Shown here one piece after another: positions 59,027-64,000 of a DNA stretch of 64,000 bases. The stretch is from positions 3,008,001-3,072,000 of the forward strand of contig OZ245033.1 of assembly GCA_965224025.1 (NCBI GenBank), read 5' to 3'. Numbering within the stretch: position 1 is the first letter of the stretch; each line of letters opens with the position of its first letter. Below the pieces are notes generated by a model. The model searched no databases. It was not told where the DNA came from and saw nothing but the letters and a program-made list of their open reading frames with translations. This DNA is from Candidatus Multivorans sp. GTDB taxonomy: Bacteria; Acidobacteriota; Thermoanaerobaculia; Multivoradales; Multivoraceae. A program made the position numbers and the translations under genes.

Positions 59027-59493
59027 GACAGGAGGCCGATCAGGCGGGCCCAGACCGAGACGCTGGTCCAGATGCCGATGGACAGCACGCCGACCACCTT
59101 GGGCCAGTGCCCCAGCGTTCCTTCCTCTGCGAACGCGACGCGGCGGCGGATCGTGAAGGTGAAGAGCAGCCCGATGACGATGATCTGCATCTTCCACCAG
59201 AAGAACGGGCTGTAGTACTGCTTGAGCGCGGTGGACAGGACCTGGGGCACGCCGGTCACGAACAGGGCGACGAAGCTCCAGATCATCCAGCGGTCCAGCT
59301 CGCGTGCGAGCTGGTTGAGAGGCGTCTTGATGAGGCCGCGCCCGATCAGCCGCATGTCGACCACCAGGACGGCGCCGGCGAATGCCACCAGAGCGACCAG
59401 GTGCATGCACTGGATGATCGGCGACGCCCAGGTCTCCTCCAGCATCCAGGCGCTGAAGGACAGACCCTGCATCCACTCGAAGAAGGACTGCAT
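59023..59493 (-). CDS. DUF6644-like 4-TM membrane protein
   Basis: FFEW...HLV...G....VDMRLIG...TG......FWWKM...GRxI-like tail; paralogous to 59535-60059. Confidence 0.7.
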   Translation of the reverse strand: MQSFFEWMQGLSFSAWMLEETWASPIIQCMHLVALVAFAGAVLVVDMRLIGRGLIKTPLNQLARELDRWMIWSFVALFVTGVPQVLSTALKQYYSPFFWWKMQIIVIGLLFTFTIRRRVAFAEEGTLGHWPKVVGVLSIGIWTSVSVWARLIGLLS

Positions 59494-59534
59494 CACTGAT
59501 CGATCCTCCGCATCATTGAGCCCATCCTCCGCGG

Positions 59535-60059
59535 TCAGGCGCCGATGTTCAGGTTGTCCCACCAGTCGGGCATCAGGCCGGCGTAGGCCATCATGCGGCC
59601 GGTCACGACGACCGCCGCCCACAGCACCAGCGAAACGACGCCGGCGAGCCGGGCGTTGATCGGAATCTCGCGGCCCTGGTCCCATGCCTGGACCGACTTG
59701 TAGGTCGCGTAGTGGAACCAGTACATGTTGATGCCGGCAACCACCATCAGCAGCATCTTGGCCCAGAAATAGAAGTTGCCGTAGTAGCGCATCGGCTGGC
59801 TGTAGAGCAGCAGTCCGCCGGTGATCAGGTTGATGCCGTAGCCGGTCAGGGCCCACGGGAAGAGGCGGGTGGGAATGTTCGACACCGGCACCTTCCTGAG
59901 CGTCAGCCCGACCAGCCGCATGTCCCAGAAGGCGATCAGGCCGGCGAACAGGCACATGCTGACGACGTGGGTCGTCAGCAGAGTCGGGTACGCGTTCAGC
60001 GATTCCCGCAGCGCGATGCTGCTGGGAAGCGCGTCGACCCACTCGAAGGCGCTACGCAT
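59535..60059 (-). CDS. DUF6644-like 4-TM membrane protein
   Basis: YP.L...HV....GL...DMRLVG...ITG.LL......YY.N.YF..KM...SL.LW..V...GRMMAY. Confidence 0.75.
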   Translation of the reverse strand: MRSAFEWVDALPSSIALRESLNAYPTLLTTHVVSMCLFAGLIAFWDMRLVGLTLRKVPVSNIPTRLFPWALTGYGINLITGGLLLYSQPMRYYGNFYFWAKMLLMVVAGINMYWFHYATYKSVQAWDQGREIPINARLAGVVSLVLWAAVVVTGRMMAYAGLMPDWWDNLNIGA

Positions 60060-60112
60060 GAGAGTCGGAAGATGGCGCTCGTGGGCTCAGGCCGGGCGGC
60101 GCCGGCACAGCC

Positions 60113-60646
60113 CTACCTGCGGCAGCGGTCCTGGTACTTCCGGTAGATCGCGTGGCAGTCCTCGCAGGCGCCGGCGAGTTGGTTGGTCAGGTCGCTGACC
60201 TTCTCCTGGTCCTCTTCGTGCGCCGCGGCGTAAATCTCCCTGGCGACGGAGGTCAACTGCCTGGCGTACTTCTGGTAGTCCTCGTTGGCTACCGGTGCGT
60301 CCCTGCCGTTCTCGCACTTGCGGTCGGCGTTCATGATCAGCGCCTCGACCTCGGATAGCGCCAGCGCGGCCTGCTGCGGCACCTTCCAGCCGGTGTAGAT
60401 GCCGGAGAACAGGGACGATGCGGAGCGGTCGTCTTCGCTGCCGGCCTCGGGCGGGGCGCCCGGATCCGTGGTCTGGACGTCGAACAGGAAGTTCGAGTTC
60501 GGGAACAGGATGGCGCGCATCAGTTCGGCCAGATTGCCGACCGGCTCCTCGTGCTCCGAGGCGGCGAGCGGCGTCGCGGCCATCGTCGTGCCGGCAGCGA
60601 GAAGCACTGCCGCGGCCAGGAGCGGCGCAAGTTTGGTCAAGCGCAT
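60113..60646 (-). CDS. Secreted class II (c'-like) cytochrome c
   Basis: Signal peptide, helical body, C-terminal CEDCH..YR. Confidence 0.75.
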   Translation of the reverse strand: MRLTKLAPLLAAAVLLAAGTTMAATPLAASEHEEPVGNLAELMRAILFPNSNFLFDVQTTDPGAPPEAGSEDDRSASSLFSGIYTGWKVPQQAALALSEVEALIMNADRKCENGRDAPVANEDYQKYARQLTSVAREIYAAAHEEDQEKVSDLTNQLAGACEDCHAIYRKYQDRCRR

Positions 60647-60738
60647 TTGCGGGATCTCCTTCCCTCGGCGGGAACAACGTTGTTGAGGTGAGTCGCGCGC
60701 TCGCGAGCGGCCAGTCTAACTCAGGGGTTCGGCGTAAC

Positions 60739-61239
60739 TCAGTCGTTCGAGGTCTCGTCTGGCGAACTTTGGCTGAGCTCGGCCAGTGTCGTGGACGCGA
60801 TCAGCCACTGCATTTCGAGGCCGGCGGTGCGATGGACCGAGAACTCGGTGACGCGCGGATCGCCTGCGATGCGCAGGAACTCCGCGCGCGACGGGTACTC
60901 GACCAGGGCGATCGAGTCGAAGCGTTCCTCCGTGTCTCCGATCACCATCGAGTCGACCCGGCCCGACCAGATCAGGCGGGCGCCCTGGGAGGTGATCCAC
61001 TGGATCATCTGGGCGCCGTAGCGCTGGTAGGCCTCGGCCCCGCTCAAGCCCTCGTCGGGCGCGTCGGCCTTGTCCTTGAAGCGCAGCAGGTTGACCATGA
61101 CGACCGGGCCCTCGGCGGGTCCCTTCAGGAGTTCTTCGATCTGTTCGGGCTCGGGTGCGATCTGGGCCATGGCGCCTCCGGCGGCCAGCACGGCCACGGT
61201 GAAGAAGATGAATGTGGCGGCGAAAAGGGGTCGGGGCAT
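60739..61239 (-). CDS. DUF1330-like protein with signal peptide
   Basis: GPVVMVNLLRF, SG.EAY.RYG, LVEYPSR..F, HR.AGL. Confidence 0.8.
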   Translation of the reverse strand: MPRPLFAATFIFFTVAVLAAGGAMAQIAPEPEQIEELLKGPAEGPVVMVNLLRFKDKADAPDEGLSGAEAYQRYGAQMIQWITSQGARLIWSGRVDSMVIGDTEERFDSIALVEYPSRAEFLRIAGDPRVTEFSVHRTAGLEMQWLIASTTLAELSQSSPDETSND

Positions 61240-61263
61240 GACGGGCTCCTTCCTGGTTGGACG

Positions 61264-62526
61264 TCAGGCGGGTCTGGCCGCCATGGGTTGGAACTTCATG
61301 TAGGTAAGCGATCGCCACAGCCACTCGAGCGGTCCGAAGCGGAAGCGGGCGAGCCACCACGGCGACCAGATCAGTTGCAGCACCCAGATGGCAAGGACGA
61401 TGGCTATCTGGCTGAGGCGATCGACCTGCTCGAACAGGCCGAGGCCATGACCGTAGAAGATCAGCGTGCAGATGACGCTCTGCGTGATGTAGTTCGTGAA
61501 CGCCATTCTTCCCGCGGCCTGAAGCCGACGCTGCAGGCCGGGAAGCCAGCCTTTCTGCACCGCGAGCATGACCAGGGCGACGTAGCCGAGGAAGACTCCG
61601 AGCGAGCCGACGTAGTTGAACACCGTGCCCTGGAACATCGAGTGCTCGAAGGCGAAGTCGTGCCGGGTGTTGAAGACCACGCCGAGGATCACGATCGGCA
61701 GGCCGAGCGCGAGTCCGGCGGCCGCCATGCGCCGGTAGAACGCGGACGAGCGCTTCGCCGAGAGCACGCCGAGCTTGAAGAGCCCCATGCCGACCAGCAT
61801 CAGACCGCCGGAACGCCAGAGGAACAGGAGGAGGAAGACGGTGGTCTCCAGGCCAACCGCGGTGGCGCTGCGCTCCGGCATCTGGGTCAGCCAGCCCGAC
61901 TGGTAGGTCGCGATCTCGGCTTCGACCTCGCTCGCGGCCGGCGCCCAACCCACTTCGAGACCGGCCCGTACGTCGGCGGGCATGCTTGGTATCGAGGATG
62001 CGGCCAGCAGGAAGAAGACCGGGGTCACCGCGGTCATGGCGAAGCCGGCGATCACCAGCTTCCTCGGCTTGAGGCCGCGCAGGCTGTAGAGGATGAAGCC
62101 GCACAACGCGTACGGCACCAGGATGTCGCCGTACCAGATCAGGTGGGCGTGCGCGAGGCCGAGGAGCAGCAGCCAGAACTGCCGCCGGTAGTGGACGCCG
62201 GTGGCCGAGGCGCCGCGGGAGGCGGCCCGCTCGGCCATCAGCGCCATGCCGGCGCCGAACAGCATTGAGAAGATCGACATGAACTTCGTGTCGAAGAGGA
62301 CGTGGGTCAGCACCCAGACCGTGAAGCCGGCGCCCGCCAGCTTGTCGTTCGCGGCAGGGTTCAGGTAGGCCGCCGAGACCATCGAGTAGCTCTGCACGTT
62401 CATCGCCAGGATGCCCAGCACGGCGAAGCCGCGCAGGACGTCGATGGCCGCGATCCGTTCGCCGGCCCTGACGGGGGCGGCCTTCGGCGCGGCGGCGGCC
62501 TCGGTGGGCGGATCGGCTGTTGTCAT
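61264..62526 (-). CDS. DUF418 (YeiB-like) membrane protein
   Basis: RI..IDVLRGFAVLGIL, KF..IFS.LFG, GDIL..YA, GRMAFTNY..QS, FRFGPLEWLWRSLTY. Confidence 0.9.
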   Translation of the reverse strand: MTTADPPTEAAAAPKAAPVRAGERIAAIDVLRGFAVLGILAMNVQSYSMVSAAYLNPAANDKLAGAGFTVWVLTHVLFDTKFMSIFSMLFGAGMALMAERAASRGASATGVHYRRQFWLLLLGLAHAHLIWYGDILVPYALCGFILYSLRGLKPRKLVIAGFAMTAVTPVFFLLAASSIPSMPADVRAGLEVGWAPAASEVEAEIATYQSGWLTQMPERSATAVGLETTVFLLLFLWRSGGLMLVGMGLFKLGVLSAKRSSAFYRRMAAAGLALGLPIVILGVVFNTRHDFAFEHSMFQGTVFNYVGSLGVFLGYVALVMLAVQKGWLPGLQRRLQAAGRMAFTNYITQSVICTLIFYGHGLGLFEQVDRLSQIAIVLAIWVLQLIWSPWWLARFRFGPLEWLWRSLTYMKFQPMAARPA

Positions 62527-62533
62527 GGCGGCG

Positions 62534-63442
62534 TCAGTCGGCGAGGAAGGCCCGGGTCACGGCCACGAACTCGTCGAGCTGGTCGTGGTGGACCCAGTGG
62601 CCGGCGCCTTCGAAGTTGCGCAGCTCCGCGCTCTGAAACGCCTCGATGCGGCCGTCCTCGACCGGGTCGCTGGCCCAGCTCTCCGTGCCCCGCACCAGCA
62701 GGGTGGGGCAGGTGATCCGGCCCCAGATGGTGCGCAGCTCCTCCTCGTCGTAGCGGTAGGGCGGGAACGAGCGGACGTAGTTGTCGAACTTCCAGGTGTA
62801 GGTGCCGTCCTCGTTGCGCGCCATGCCGTTGACGGTGAGGTGCCGGGCCTGCTCGGGGCTCAGGAAGCTGTTCACCTCCTGCATCCGCTCGGCCGCGGCG
62901 TCGAGTGACGGGTAGCGCCGCGGCTGCCGGCCGGCGAGCTTCTGCATGCTGCCGATCCAGCCCCGCATGCGTTCGTCGACGCCCGCGCTGACCCGGCCGC
63001 TGAGGATTCGGGGAGGCGGCCCCATGCCCTCGATCGCCACCAGCTTGTGGACGTTCTCGGGGTAGAAGCCGGTGTAGTGGAGGGCGATGTTCGCGCCCAG
63101 GGAGTGGGCCACGATGCGCACCGGAAAACGGTCGAGCGCCTCGAGCAGTTGGGCTACATCGAGCACGAAGTCGGTGATCGCGTACATGCCGCCGATCGCC
63201 CACTCGCTGTCGCCGTGGCCGCGCAGGTCCGGGGCCACGATGTGGTAGTCGCCGCGGAGCGCGTTGGCCACCCAGTCCCAGTTGTGCGCGTGGTCCCGGC
63301 CGCCGTGAATCAGCACCAGGGGCGGCTTGTCCTCGTTGCCCCAACTCAGGTAGTGGAGCCGGAGGCGCTGCGAGATGTAGAACTGCGACGACGGGCCGAC
63401 GATGTCCCTGAAGGGACTGTCGCTGAAGGCGGTGTTCATCAC
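62534..63442 (-). CDS. Alpha/beta fold hydrolase
   Basis: LIHGGRDH, PDLRGHGDS, AHSLG nucleophile elbow, AGHWVHHD. Confidence 0.92.
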   Translation of the reverse strand: MMNTAFSDSPFRDIVGPSSQFYISQRLRLHYLSWGNEDKPPLVLIHGGRDHAHNWDWVANALRGDYHIVAPDLRGHGDSEWAIGGMYAITDFVLDVAQLLEALDRFPVRIVAHSLGANIALHYTGFYPENVHKLVAIEGMGPPPRILSGRVSAGVDERMRGWIGSMQKLAGRQPRRYPSLDAAAERMQEVNSFLSPEQARHLTVNGMARNEDGTYTWKFDNYVRSFPPYRYDEEELRTIWGRITCPTLLVRGTESWASDPVEDGRIEAFQSAELRNFEGAGHWVHHDQLDEFVAVTRAFLAD

Positions 63443-63467
63443 TTGGTTGCGGCTGTGCCGACCGCGG

Positions 63468-63998
63468 TCATTGCTGGTCCGGACGGGGCGGATTGATCAT
63501 TACGTGGGCCCCCGCGGTACCCGGCGCCATGAGCCACGGCGCGCCCGGCACGGGACGAGTCGTGAGCCCGGTCGATTCAGCGGTCGCGTACGGCGTGTAG
63601 ATCACCCAGCGCAGGTAGGCGTCCGTGACTTTGCCGGCTTCGGCGTCGAAGCCGCTGCCGTGCAGGACGTACAGGGTGCGCGGCTCGCGCGGCATCGCCA
63701 GCTTGCCCTCCGCGATCTCCTTCTCGCGCATCGCGATGCGCTCCTCGCCGGTGATGCCCTGGGCCAGCAGCTCGCGGCCGCGGGCCATGAACGGCTCGAG
63801 CGACTCGTGGTAGCAGGCGACGCTCCATTGAGGAGTGCCCGGTCTGGCGGCCAGACAGACGAGGTCATTGCTGCCGGCGCGCAACTCAACGACCTTGCCG
63901 TCTTCGTTCCAACCGAGGACCCGCGCGCCGTCCCGGCGATCGTCGGGCGCGGCCTGGATTGCGGCGGCAAGCTGGGCTGCGGCGTCGACCGGCTCCGA
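63468..63998 (-). CDS. Conserved hypothetical protein (5' end beyond the window)
   Basis: Frame open to the window edge; AAP...R.GA.VLG, ACYH.SL.PFM.RGR, PWLM.PGT..AHVMI. Confidence 0.7.
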   Translation of the reverse strand, partial: SEPVDAAAQLAAAIQAAPDDRRDGARVLGWNEDGKVVELRAGSNDLVCLAARPGTPQWSVACYHESLEPFMARGRELLAQGITGEERIAMREKEIAEGKLAMPREPRTLYVLHGSGFDAEAGKVTDAYLRWVIYTPYATAESTGLTTRPVPGAPWLMAPGTAGAHVMINPPRPDQQ

Positions 63999-64000
63999 AG

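Noticed and set aside
1147-63496. Many long overlapping or antisense ORFs (e.g. 1485-4640, 11738-14023, 37900-39861, 57017-59008, 60418-62268)
   Set aside because: Arg/Pro/Gly-rich shadow frames of real genes, expected at high GC

Overview
GC-rich bacterial chromosomal window. The gene content includes FG-GAP/CRTAC1, TPR, internalin-type LRR, FN3 and lamin-tail surface proteins, three PQQ dehydrogenases, DUF3604, DUF1800/DUF1501 and many toxin-antitoxin (TA) loci. Together with an 'LCL..F.VEVEW...FWFF' domain, this resembles host-associated (e.g. sponge) Acidobacteriota; that is inference only. Intact metabolic or housekeeping-type genes are cusB/cusA-like efflux, a nucleoside hydrolase, two quinohemoprotein alcohol dehydrogenases, an MFS transporter, YghU-like GST, an SbcCD/YhaNO-like pair, aldo-keto reductases and tRNA-Thr(CGT). 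They are interleaved with decaying accessory DNA: five TA-like loci, an IS110, two IS3-family elements inside one LRR gene, an IS630 and several pseudogenes. The most notable structures are: (1) a diverged tandem duplication (27.7-42.5 kb) carrying two alleles of a secreted lamin-tail/ExeM-like nuclease behind a conserved, apparently structured ~350-nt leader; (2) an IS110 whose upstream non-coding region folds back and carries a match to the element's far end (candidate bridge RNA); (3) a 6.1-kb island bracketed by a 32-bp inverted repeat and subdivided by three copies of an integrase 3' tail; (4) an uncharacterised cytochrome c + two DUF6644-like membrane proteins + PQQ dehydrogenase operon. 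All family calls come from motif recognition by eye; no searches were run.
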